From: Candidatus Thorarchaeota archaeon SMTZ1-45
GTDB taxonomy: Archaea > Asgardarchaeota > Thorarchaeia > Thorarchaeales > Thorarchaeaceae
Assembly (NCBI GenBank): GCA_001563335.1
Contig: LRSL01000081.1
Span: forward strand, 1 to 64,000
Direction: 5' to 3'
DNA length: 64,000 bases
The notes under the pieces were generated by a model. It had not been told where the DNA came from, ran no database searches, and saw nothing but the letters and a program-made list of their open reading frames with translations. The number at the start of each line of letters is the position of its first letter. The first letter of the stretch is position 1. Shown piece after piece: positions 55,082 to 64,000 of this stretch. Made by a program: the position numbers and the translations under genes.

Positions 55082-57883
55082 TTGACCAAGGACGAGCAAC
55101 CTGCAGATGAAAATCAATCCTCTCTTGAGGACTACTTCACACATTCTGACATAGAGTCAGATGACTCAATGAATGAGGGTTCATCGTCCGATTTTACACA
55201 CAACAAATCGAATAGGAATAATCCTACATCTACGAATGAAAATGATAGTTTTGATGACTCCACAATTGATGAAGATGAAGAAGACTCTATTGTCGATGTT
55301 TCAGTTGGAGAGCGTGACACCCCTGCAAACCTAGCACCCTCCTTCCTCCTATCAATTGATTACTCAGGTCCTTTAAACAAAGCTGTTGCAAGGCTTTACA
55401 ATCCTGACAACAAACAAGTGTATTTTTGGCTCGACAACACTGGTCACAAACCCTATTGTTACACTGATTGGCCTATACAAGCTGTTGAATCCGTTGCAAG
55501 AAAGAATCCTGGGTTTGTAAGAGCTGAAGCAGTTGAGCTGCATGACCTTCTTAAGGACGAACCAGTGAAGATGACTAAAGTCATTGGTGATAATCCACTG
55601 GCGATAGGAGGCTCAGCTAGCTCTATTAGAAATTCACTTGTGGATAATAATAATGTTAGTCATGCTTGGGAAGCTGCTATCCGTTATCAGTTGTGCTTCA
55701 CCTATGATAGTAAGCTCGTCCCTGGGCTTATGTATAAGATAGAAAATGGAAACCTTCTCGCATATCCACCAAATGTTAATCCCCAAATTCTCGAGGAATT
55801 TAAGAAGACAGTTCAAGATGATGAGAGCCTCGAGTCGATAATCAAAGAATACTCACCCATGTTCTTCACCGAAGTTCCAGACATCAGGCGTTTGGCAGTA
55901 GATATCGAAGTTTACAGTCCTGTAGTAAACAGAATCCCTGATGCTCGAACAACAGAATATCAGGTGACTGCAATAGGTCTGTCAGACAATGAGGGATACA
56001 ACAAGTGTTTCGTCTTGAAGCGTGAAGGTCATCCGGAAGGAAAGAAAGGTACAGATTTTCCAAAAGAGTTGGATATTATATACTTCAAGGATGAAGCGGA
56101 AATGCTTGTTGAGGCATTTAGAATCATCGATCAATATCCGATAGTCCTCACTTTCGTGGGTGATACATTTGACTTGAAGTATCTCCATAATCGTGCGAAA
56201 CGATTGAGGATTGACATGGATAAATACTGTCCAATCAAACTCAGAGGCAACCAAGACCCACGAAGAGAGCGTGCTAATTTAAATCGCGGAGTTCATGTTG
56301 ACTTCTACAAATTCTTCACAAACCCCTCAATCAAAATCTATGCTCTCTCTGGTGCATACCAGCGAGAGAATCTCGAAACAATAGCACAAGGCTTGCTTGG
56401 GATTGGGAAATTGGAACTGAGTAGCGACATATCTAAGTTGCCATACTATGAGCTTGCACACTATTGCTGGAAAGATGCAAATATTGTCCTGAAATTTACA
56501 CAATTCGAGAATAACCTCTTGCTACGTCTCATCGTTCTCCTGATGCGTATCTCAAGAATGTCAATGGATGATGTCACAAGGTTCTACATCTCTTCATGGA
56601 TTCAATCAGTTTTCAGACAGGAACATAGGTCACGTAATTTTCTGATACCCCGGCGAGTTGACATTGATAGCATGAAACAAGCCGACGCGCAGACTGAGGC
56701 GGTCATAGGTGGCAAGGCTTTCAAGGGTGCCATTGTGATTCCGCCAGTTGCAGGAGTTCATTTCAATGCAACAGTTCTAGACTTTGCAAGCCTATACCCC
56801 ACCATCATGAAGACACATAACATAAGCTATGAAACAGTAGACTGTCCGCATGAGGAGTGTAGGACCGGAACTGACAATCAAGTCCCAGAAACTGAGCATT
56901 GGACCTGTACACTGAAAAGAGGGATGATTAGCGAAACTATAGGGTTCTTTAGAGACACTCGAGTTAAATGGTTCAAACCTAAAAGCAAGGACAAATCTCT
57001 CGATAAAAAAACACAGAATTGGTACTCTGTAGTTGAAAAAGCGCTAAAGGTTTTTGTCAATGCATCCTATGGAGTCACTGGTGCTCAGCACTTTGAACTA
57101 TTTTGTATGCCAGCTGCAGAGAGTGTTACAGCGTATGGTCGAGATGCCATAATCCGGACTAAAACGAAGGCTGAGTCGATGGGGATACGTGTTCTTTATG
57201 GAGATACTGACTCTGTTTTTCTAGACAACCCATCAGATGAACAACAGAAAGAGCTGGTACGTTGGTCCAGAAAAGAGCTGGGAATCGACCTAGAGGTGGA
57301 GAAGACCTACAAGTATGTTGCTCTCTCTGAGCGGAAAAAGAATTACATTGGTGTATACAAAGATGGACAGGTTGAAGTCAAGGGGCTAACTGGAAAGAAA
57401 CGCAATACGCCTGACTTTGCACAAGATGCTTTTCGAAAGATGCTTGATGTTCTCAGTAGAGTTGACAATCCTGAAGGGTTTGAGGTGGCAAAGGAAGAGA
57501 TTCGAGAGATTGTGAATTGCGTCATTGACAGGTTGGAAGGAAAGGCTGAACCTTACGATCCGGAAGATTTGGCTTTTAGAATTCAGTTGACAAAGCCACT
57601 CCATTCTTATGATACAGATATTCCTCATGTAAGAGCAGCAAAGATGCTTGTAGAAAAGACTCAGGATCCCACAAAGGCGGCCCCTGGTACAATTGTATCG
57701 TATGTTAAAACCAAGGGCCAAGATACAGTAATACCAGTTGAGCTAGCAAAAGGCGCAAGCTATTGGATTGATAAGGATGCGTACATTGATATTTTGAAGA
57801 GTGTATTTGAACAGGTTCTCGATTCAGTCGGTCTTGACTTTAACGAATTTCTTGGATTCACAACTCTTGACCAGTTCTTCTAA
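55082..57883 (+). CDS. polB: Family B DNA polymerase (PolB1-like)
   Basis: DNTGHKPY, ExoI DIE, ExoII FD..YL, ExoIII YC.KDA, DFASLYP, K...NASYG, YGDTDS, KKNY. Confidence 0.96.
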   Translation: MTKDEQPADENQSSLEDYFTHSDIESDDSMNEGSSSDFTHNKSNRNNPTSTNENDSFDDSTIDEDEEDSIVDVSVGERDTPANLAPSFLLSIDYSGPLNKAVARLYNPDNKQVYFWLDNTGHKPYCYTDWPIQAVESVARKNPGFVRAEAVELHDLLKDEPVKMTKVIGDNPLAIGGSASSIRNSLVDNNNVSHAWEAAIRYQLCFTYDSKLVPGLMYKIENGNLLAYPPNVNPQILEEFKKTVQDDESLESIIKEYSPMFFTEVPDIRRLAVDIEVYSPVVNRIPDARTTEYQVTAIGLSDNEGYNKCFVLKREGHPEGKKGTDFPKELDIIYFKDEAEMLVEAFRIIDQYPIVLTFVGDTFDLKYLHNRAKRLRIDMDKYCPIKLRGNQDPRRERANLNRGVHVDFYKFFTNPSIKIYALSGAYQRENLETIAQGLLGIGKLELSSDISKLPYYELAHYCWKDANIVLKFTQFENNLLLRLIVLLMRISRMSMDDVTRFYISSWIQSVFRQEHRSRNFLIPRRVDIDSMKQADAQTEAVIGGKAFKGAIVIPPVAGVHFNATVLDFASLYPTIMKTHNISYETVDCPHEECRTGTDNQVPETEHWTCTLKRGMISETIGFFRDTRVKWFKPKSKDKSLDKKTQNWYSVVEKALKVFVNASYGVTGAQHFELFCMPAAESVTAYGRDAIIRTKTKAESMGIRVLYGDTDSVFLDNPSDEQQKELVRWSRKELGIDLEVEKTYKYVALSERKKNYIGVYKDGQVEVKGLTGKKRNTPDFAQDAFRKMLDVLSRVDNPEGFEVAKEEIREIVNCVIDRLEGKAEPYDPEDLAFRIQLTKPLHSYDTDIPHVRAAKMLVEKTQDPTKAAPGTIVSYVKTKGQDTVIPVELAKGASYWIDKDAYIDILKSVFEQVLDSVGLDFNEFLGFTTLDQFF

Positions 57884-58019
57884 TATTAGAATTGGGGAAG
57901 GGTCTGAATAAGAAATTCTTATAGCACCGACTTGATACACGCAAGCAGACCAAAAGCCAGATGCATACCGATTTCGACGGGGTACAAAGATAATGAAGGT
58001 GAATTATCGCGAGTTCTTC

Positions 58020-59027
58020 ATGCAGAAGCTACTAATTATGTTCAAACCCGAAGACATAGAGTCGTCTGCAAAAGACTTCATTTCTACTTATGCTTCTTAT
58101 ATGGAAGATGTTGGAATTGTTGGTAAGGGTCCAGATGGTTATGCTTTGTATCCCAGTAAGACTGCACCGGTTAGAGAGGAGCACACTGAATTTTTTGCTG
58201 AATGGGTCCAACTGAATGATGCCCTTGGCATACACGGAGTAGTAGGCATGGACTTCTATACGGATGGCTGGTTTGCCCGTGATCCGAAGTATCAGACAAT
58301 GAATGACAAAGCCGTCAAGATGGAACATCAAATTTGCCCCAATCGCAAAGAATTCTGGCAATATGGCGCTGAGATTGTAAAGGAGATTGGTTCATATCCG
58401 ATTAACGAAATCCTTCTTTTTGGCACTGGCTTTATCCGTGACCACTTTTGCTTCTGCGATCGTTGTCGAGCAGAATTTGCTCCAATGATTGACAATGAAC
58501 CAAATCGTCTTAGCTATGCCCTGCTCGTTGAGAACGAGGAATATCACGAGAAGTGGCATCAATTTCGTAGTAACAAAGTCCATGAAGGGCTGCAACATCT
58601 AAAAGATGCCGCCACTGAGTCTGATGAAGCAACAGGTCGAGAACATCCTTTGAAACTCTCTGTTGAAGTTCTACTTGACCCAGAAACTGGACTTGCAGAT
58701 GGAGCTCGAAATGAATATGGTTATGATTACGCTAGAATTGGCGAGATCACAAAGAATGTGCTGATTAACCTGTTTCCATGGTCTCCAATACTACCATCTA
58801 AGGGAAGTTCGGAGTACAGCGAACTTGTGGAATCCCTCTATTTTGTCAATGAATTCACAAGACGCGGTGGCAGAGCTTCTCTATTCCGCTGGGGTGTCAC
58901 AACAATTGAACAACTGCAGGAATTGAAAGCACTGGGAAAGGATGTAGGAATTGATCGAATTGTGAGTACATTCCATTATCCTTCTGACTATTCTCGTCGA
59001 CGTGAAAGTGCTATTGGAAACTACTAG
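58020..59027 (+). CDS. Hypothetical protein, possibly glycoside-hydrolase-like TIM barrel
   Basis: ALYPSK, ICPN...F, FCFCDRCRAEF, W..FR, G.DY patterns reminiscent of GHL10/GH42-like proteins. Confidence 0.6.
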   Translation: MQKLLIMFKPEDIESSAKDFISTYASYMEDVGIVGKGPDGYALYPSKTAPVREEHTEFFAEWVQLNDALGIHGVVGMDFYTDGWFARDPKYQTMNDKAVKMEHQICPNRKEFWQYGAEIVKEIGSYPINEILLFGTGFIRDHFCFCDRCRAEFAPMIDNEPNRLSYALLVENEEYHEKWHQFRSNKVHEGLQHLKDAATESDEATGREHPLKLSVEVLLDPETGLADGARNEYGYDYARIGEITKNVLINLFPWSPILPSKGSSEYSELVESLYFVNEFTRRGGRASLFRWGVTTIEQLQELKALGKDVGIDRIVSTFHYPSDYSRRRESAIGNY

Positions 59028-59030
59028 AAC

Positions 59031-59855
59031 TCATTGTCTTGCGCTGCAGTATGGACATACTCTATTATCTGCTCTGATGCTTCGCCCGCATGAAAAGCAA
59101 AAGCTATAGTCATCCTTGTGTCCTCGGGAATCATCTATAAATGGACTGAGTTCCCCCTGAGAGAATAATGCGCCTATTCCTTCAATCGACTCATCAGGTT
59201 GATTGTTACACGTTTTGCAATCTTCCTCATCAGAGAATATCCTGCTATCTCCCTGATAGCGATAGGTTTCTGCTGATTGCCCTGATTCATCCCGCCATGA
59301 TCCAGAACGATCTCCATACTCAGCAGCCAATGACTTCATAGTCCTATCCAAGCATTCGAAGTCCTCTCTATAATCATCAGTCCCATAACCTGGATCAGAA
59401 ACTGGACGATTTGCTAATCTCTCTCTCGGAACCTGCTGTTGCCAGCTTGGATCAAGATTTGATAATCCTCTAGCTGTTTCAACAAACTTGACGTGAGAAT
59501 CCCCTTTCAATTGCTCATACTCATCTAATGTGAGTCCGAGAATCTCCAGAGCTCTATCTCTCTCAGCACATCTCTTTGACAATGGACAACAGTATGCAAG
59601 ACTTCCATGACACAGAGATGCCATTGCTCTATCTTGACGTGATTTGAAAATTGGTGAGATCCGCCTATTTCCGAGTACAAGTGAATCACCAACAGCTCTC
59701 AGTTCAGTATATCCACTCTGTGCAAGAGCTTCAACTATCTCTCGAGCTGGGTATGACCGCCCCTCTATGATAATGTGTCCTTCGGTCTTGTCAAGTCGTA
59801 CTAACCGTTCAGTGCTCTTATTTCCATCATAGCTGGAGTACCTCGTATGTGCCAC
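59031..59855 (-). CDS. Protein with methanogenesis-marker-9-like Cys domain and C-terminal Zn ribbon
   Basis: CHGSLAYCCPLSKRCAERDRAL..LGLT.DEY..LK; CFSC...CPYC. Confidence 0.72.
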   Translation of the reverse strand: MAHTRYSSYDGNKSTERLVRLDKTEGHIIIEGRSYPAREIVEALAQSGYTELRAVGDSLVLGNRRISPIFKSRQDRAMASLCHGSLAYCCPLSKRCAERDRALEILGLTLDEYEQLKGDSHVKFVETARGLSNLDPSWQQQVPRERLANRPVSDPGYGTDDYREDFECLDRTMKSLAAEYGDRSGSWRDESGQSAETYRYQGDSRIFSDEEDCKTCNNQPDESIEGIGALFSQGELSPFIDDSRGHKDDYSFCFSCGRSIRADNRVCPYCSARQ

Positions 59856-59994
59856 CTCTAATAATTTTGATAAGATGTCATGCGGTCATGCCATCAGAGC
59901 AATACAGGTGTATGTATTATCTGGGTCTGACGCGGGATAGTTATATACTGGACTTACAACAAACATTAGAAGTTCTCTAGGAGGACAATTAGAA

Positions 59995-60366
59995 ATGGGT
60001 TGCAAAGCTGAAGGTGCTGCTCAAGGCTATACCATTCTAGGTGGTCTTGTTCTTCTCATTTATGCAATTCTTAGAATATATAATGCAATGAACAGCCCAG
60101 GTCCTGGTACTTTTGAAGGACTGATTGAGATTTTTCTGGGAATCATACTCATTGTTATAGTTGCTCTGGCATTTGATGCCTGTGGCTTTATATCTTGGAA
60201 GGTTCAGAAATCTGGACTTCTCCTTACAGTGTTTGGATTCATTGCGATTGTGATAGTATCATATCCTGGAATCACATTAGACCCAATTGCATGGATGATG
60301 AGTCTGGACACACTTGCAGGCTTCATGATTCTGTTAGCTGGATTGCTTCTCATAATCAGAAGCTGA
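59995..60366 (+). CDS. Small 4-TM membrane protein
   Basis: Four hydrophobic segments; GGAGG upstream. Confidence 0.8.
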   Translation: MGCKAEGAAQGYTILGGLVLLIYAILRIYNAMNSPGPGTFEGLIEIFLGIILIVIVALAFDACGFISWKVQKSGLLLTVFGFIAIVIVSYPGITLDPIAWMMSLDTLAGFMILLAGLLLIIRS

Positions 60367-60453
60367 CATGGGTAGTGTATTCGCCTGCATCGGAAATTAG
60401 ATAATGGGGACCAATTCCTCAAACGACTACTCAATCTATAGAAGGTTGATGAT

Positions 60454-61800
60454 ATGGACGACAAACACATTCAGATTCTGAAAGATCTTGGATTTGATAT
60501 CGATAAAAAAATGATGACCAACGAGTATTGGAAAAGAAGAGGTGCTGAGGCTCTCGCGCTGACAACTCAGGATCGTGACGTTTATGGTTGTCTTGACCAT
60601 ACTGTGGGGGAAGGAGTTCGAATATTCGATATTGAAGGAACAGAATATCTGGATGTTACTGGTGGAGTAGCAGTAAGAGCACTTGGTCTTCGGTACAAAC
60701 CCTATATTGATTTTGAGGCAAGTATCATTGATGTTGTTAAGGAACTACCTGGAATGGACTTTGATGGGATACCGCAGACGCTTCTTGCTGAGCGAGTTGC
60801 TGGACTAACTCCAGGTAGTCACAAGAAACGCGTTGTATTCACAACTTCTGGTGGTCGAGCTGTCGAAGGATGCTTGAAATCTGCAATTGATCTCTCAGGG
60901 AAAAGAAGAGTCATTGGCTTCAGACCTGCATTCCATGGTCGCACAGGATATGCTCTTGCAGTGACTGCATCAAACTCAAAACACAAGTCTGGTTTTCCTC
61001 AGGGTCTGGATGTCATTCGTGTTTCCTATCCATATTGCTACCGTTGTCCATATGGGGCAACTGAAGAAACCTGCAGTCTTGAGTGTGTTGAAGCTCTTAG
61101 ATACGCGCTTCAGGTGGAAGGCAGTGACATTGCAGTTACTGTGATGGAACCACTTTGTGGTGAGGGAGGTCTCATCGTACCTCCAGCAAAAGCCATTCAA
61201 GGTATGTATGAAGTTACGCGTGAAATCGGTGCATATTTCATGTCTGATGAGGTTCAGGCTGGAATGGGTCGGACTGGAAAATGGTGTGCGATTGAAAACC
61301 ATGGAGTGGTACCTGATTATATTTCAATGGGCAAAGCAATTGGAGGTGGTTATCCTATGGGTGCGTCAATAGGTCCTGCCCCAATGTTCACAGGTGGTGC
61401 TCGTCATTCGGAAACATTCTCAGCTGAACCAAAGATGTCTCTTCTATCTCTATGGATTATCAAAACGCTTGAAGATGGTGATTATCTCAAAAAGAATGCT
61501 GAGAATGGAGCGTATCTTTTGAAACGACTTAATGAGTTGAAAGACAAATATGATGTCGTTGGAGATGTCCGAGGAATAGGATTAATGGTCGGTATTGAGT
61601 TTGTCAAAGACAAAAAGACCAAAGAAAAAGCACCAAAGCTTCGGGATAGTGTGGTAAAGAATGCCGTTCAGCAACAGAAGTTATGGATCCTTGGTGCTGG
61701 ACAGAATGTGATTAGATTTACTCCAAGCTATGTCATCACCAAGGAACACTTAGATGACGCTGTTGACAGACTTGACAAGGCAATCGTTGTGGTAAAATAA
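60454..61800 (+). CDS. Class III aminotransferase (GABA/ornithine type)
   Basis: YLD..GG, FHGRT, EP..GEGG, DEVQAGMGRTG, PD...MGKAIGGG, VRG.GLM.G.E. Confidence 0.93.
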   Translation: MDDKHIQILKDLGFDIDKKMMTNEYWKRRGAEALALTTQDRDVYGCLDHTVGEGVRIFDIEGTEYLDVTGGVAVRALGLRYKPYIDFEASIIDVVKELPGMDFDGIPQTLLAERVAGLTPGSHKKRVVFTTSGGRAVEGCLKSAIDLSGKRRVIGFRPAFHGRTGYALAVTASNSKHKSGFPQGLDVIRVSYPYCYRCPYGATEETCSLECVEALRYALQVEGSDIAVTVMEPLCGEGGLIVPPAKAIQGMYEVTREIGAYFMSDEVQAGMGRTGKWCAIENHGVVPDYISMGKAIGGGYPMGASIGPAPMFTGGARHSETFSAEPKMSLLSLWIIKTLEDGDYLKKNAENGAYLLKRLNELKDKYDVVGDVRGIGLMVGIEFVKDKKTKEKAPKLRDSVVKNAVQQQKLWILGAGQNVIRFTPSYVITKEHLDDAVDRLDKAIVVVK

Positions 61801-61868
61801 TTGAGTTAAAGATAATAAAAAGGAATGCTCGCACCAATTCATGAAATCTGGTGCAGAGCAGACTCCAA

Positions 61869-62222
61869 TTAAAGCAGCAATAGTATTGCACCAATGATGA
61901 CTAGTGCACCGCCAAGACCACTTGCAAACAGGTACATTAGAATACCCATTATCAATACTACAAGCCATTTATTGCTGAACTCTAATGCTTTGATTTTCAG
62001 GTTACCACTGTTGACTAGCGCTATCAGTGAAAACACTATTCCTAAGATTCCTGTTATTAAGGGATCAAGTAATGTCACATATGGTAGAAACCGTAGCAAA
62101 GGATTATTCAAGATGGTTAGAATGCCTTCAATAAGGCCCAAAATTCCACCAAGGAGAATTAAAAGATCCCCAATCTTCTTCAAATCACTCATTTCGGATT
62201 TTTTCTCTCCTTCTACGTACAT
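61869..62222 (-). CDS. Small 4-TM membrane protein
   Basis: Four hydrophobic segments, GGALVIIGAIL end; start may be 62192. Confidence 0.78.
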   Translation of the reverse strand: MYVEGEKKSEMSDLKKIGDLLILLGGILGLIEGILTILNNPLLRFLPYVTLLDPLITGILGIVFSLIALVNSGNLKIKALEFSNKWLVVLIMGILMYLFASGLGGALVIIGAILLLL

Positions 62223-62334
62223 AACCCTCAGGAAGGGTTACTCGCTGCAAGAATCACTAGTATATAAGATATAAGGGTTGAAGTTATTTTCTATAATTTA
62301 GCTGGATTCAAAAATTTAAAGGTGGTCTAGAAGA

Positions 62335-63669
62335 GTGGACTTGTCGACATCAACTCATGCAGCAGCAGCTCGCGAAGACACGAGTGAGTTGATTGAGGTT
62401 GAGGGCGACATCGATCCAAGTTTTGATGTTCCAAATCAGGGCAAGATACTCGTTATCAGTAATGACCAATCATATCTAACACATGGAATCCATAGGTTTC
62501 CTGCAAAGTTCTTTCCTGAACTGCCACGGTATTTGATACGAAAGTATTCCAATAAATATGAGGTAGTCTTAGACCCGATGTGTGGCAGTGGCACGTCCAT
62601 TTTAGAAGCAATGTTAAACAATCGGATTGCCATTGGAATTGATATAGATCCAATCGCTCACTTGATTACAAAAGTAAAGACAACACCCATCGATTCAATT
62701 AGTCTATCAGTTGCTAGGCGCATACTAATAAAGAAAATTCAAGAACTGGAGTCAAAGTCTGATTTCCATCCCAATATTCCTGGGTTTCATTATCGAGATA
62801 ACTGGTTCCGTCCTTTCGTTATACGAGAGCTGGCTATCATCCATGATTGCATTGAGAATATTCTCTCTACTAATATGCATCAAGATGAGTGGAGAAGCAT
62901 TGGTGACTTCTTCCGAGTGATTCTCTCATCTATTATTCGGGATGTTTCAAATGCAGACCCACACTGCACACGAACAGTCCTTCGGAAAAAGGTTGTCAAA
63001 AACATCTCGCCCGGTGACGCATACTCAAAATTTACAGAACGGTTAATTCAACAGTGTGTTTCAATGTCTGACCTGTATCAAATCTCTAAGACACTAGAGA
63101 TATGTGATGTTCGATTACCAATTGGAAATGCTATTGAAACAGGTCTTGATGATGATTCCGTAGATCTTGGATTAACCTCGCCGCCCTACATTAACGCTGT
63201 AGATTATCCGCGCACTCATCAGTTAGAAATGTATTGGCTTGGTCTTCTTGGAACTGGACCTTTATCGCATGTGAAACGGAAATATATTGGTACAGAAACA
63301 GTCTACAAGAATGAGTATAACACTCTAAAGACCTCAGGTTATGAAACCTTAGATCCCGTTCTTGAAGAGATCTTTAATTCTGATCCAAGACGGTCCTTTA
63401 TTGTCTTCAAATTCTTTAAAGATATGCAACAACAACTTGCTGAGATGTATAGGGTTCTAAAACCTGGGAGTATGTACTGTATCGCAATTGGTAACAATCT
63501 CATTCGCGGGGTAGAAGTACGGTCTAATAAGATTCTATCAGAAATTGCAACTTCTGCCATAGGTTTTAGGCTAGAAAGGACTTTCTTCTCAAAGCTGATT
63601 AGACATTTCATCAGGATTCCCCGACCTGAGCGAATGATGGGTGAATGGATTCTTATTTTAAAGAAATAA
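62335..63669 (+). CDS. DNA amino-methyltransferase (probably m4C), orphan
   Basis: HGIHRFPAKF, VLDPMCGSGT (motif I), TSPPY (motif IV), RVLKPG. Confidence 0.88.
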   Translation: MDLSTSTHAAAAREDTSELIEVEGDIDPSFDVPNQGKILVISNDQSYLTHGIHRFPAKFFPELPRYLIRKYSNKYEVVLDPMCGSGTSILEAMLNNRIAIGIDIDPIAHLITKVKTTPIDSISLSVARRILIKKIQELESKSDFHPNIPGFHYRDNWFRPFVIRELAIIHDCIENILSTNMHQDEWRSIGDFFRVILSSIIRDVSNADPHCTRTVLRKKVVKNISPGDAYSKFTERLIQQCVSMSDLYQISKTLEICDVRLPIGNAIETGLDDDSVDLGLTSPPYINAVDYPRTHQLEMYWLGLLGTGPLSHVKRKYIGTETVYKNEYNTLKTSGYETLDPVLEEIFNSDPRRSFIVFKFFKDMQQQLAEMYRVLKPGSMYCIAIGNNLIRGVEVRSNKILSEIATSAIGFRLERTFFSKLIRHFIRIPRPERMMGEWILILKK

Positions 63670-63712
63670 TCAACCCAATATTTTGGAACCTTCTAGTATA
63701 ATAATCATCATT

Positions 63713-64000
63713 TTACTCCTTTTCCAAATCTGCATCAATGCTCTTCAAGAGATCCTCGATTAATGCACTGGGAAGACCTTTTGCTTGCTTTACGATTGAA
63801 TCAATTTCCTCCTCTGGCAACCCTCGCTGCTCAAGTTGCATTCGTAACTCTTCCACCTCTAATTCAGTTAATCTATCTTCAAACTCAATTTCCTCAGGTT
63901 CTTCTCTTGGTACCAGACCTTCAATTGTCTTCAGAAAATCTTCAATTTTATCCCTTTCAACTGTTTTAGCTTGCTTCATAATTGATTCAATCTCTTTCTT
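63713..64000 (-). CDS. Hypothetical protein, C-terminal part, with helical repeat
   Basis: Frame open to the window edge; repeat KEIESIMKQAK / EEIDSIVKQAK. Confidence 0.7.
   Translation of the reverse strand, partial: KKEIESIMKQAKTVERDKIEDFLKTIEGLVPREEPEEIEFEDRLTELEVEELRMQLEQRGLPEEEIDSIVKQAKGLPSALIEDLLKSIDADLEKE

Noticed and set aside
188-63969. Many short 60-190 aa ORFs antisense to or overlapping the called genes
   Set aside because: No motifs, and they are nested in well-supported genes; treated as shadow ORFs

Overview
A gene-dense archaeal chromosome window, most likely from an Asgard archaeon and plausibly Thorarchaeia. This is inferred from archaeal marker genes (PriL, ABCE1, ArcS/RaSEA, NurA-HerA-Mre11-Rad50, PolB1, FBP aldolase/phosphatase), GAGGTGA-type ribosome-binding sites and proteins with eukaryote-like domains. 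Most of it is housekeeping: replication and repair, tRNA modification, central carbon metabolism, two ABC systems and two tRNA-Arg genes. I saw no CRISPR array, transposase or integrase. Signals the ORF track does not show or explain: (1) two intergenic box C/D guide sRNA candidates, one with a guide complementary to a conserved 16S rRNA motif; (2) a soluble protein whose N-terminus resembles the mu-homology domain of adaptin/delta-COP; (3) an IFT52-like GIFT-domain coiled-coil protein; (4) four metalloenzyme homologues (NIF3, M24 peptidase, gamma-carbonic anhydrase, MBL fold) that have lost metal ligands; (5) a hidden Zn-finger ORF with an in-frame TGA; (6) a methanogenesis-marker-9-like Cys domain. 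All family calls come from motif recognition by eye, not database searches.
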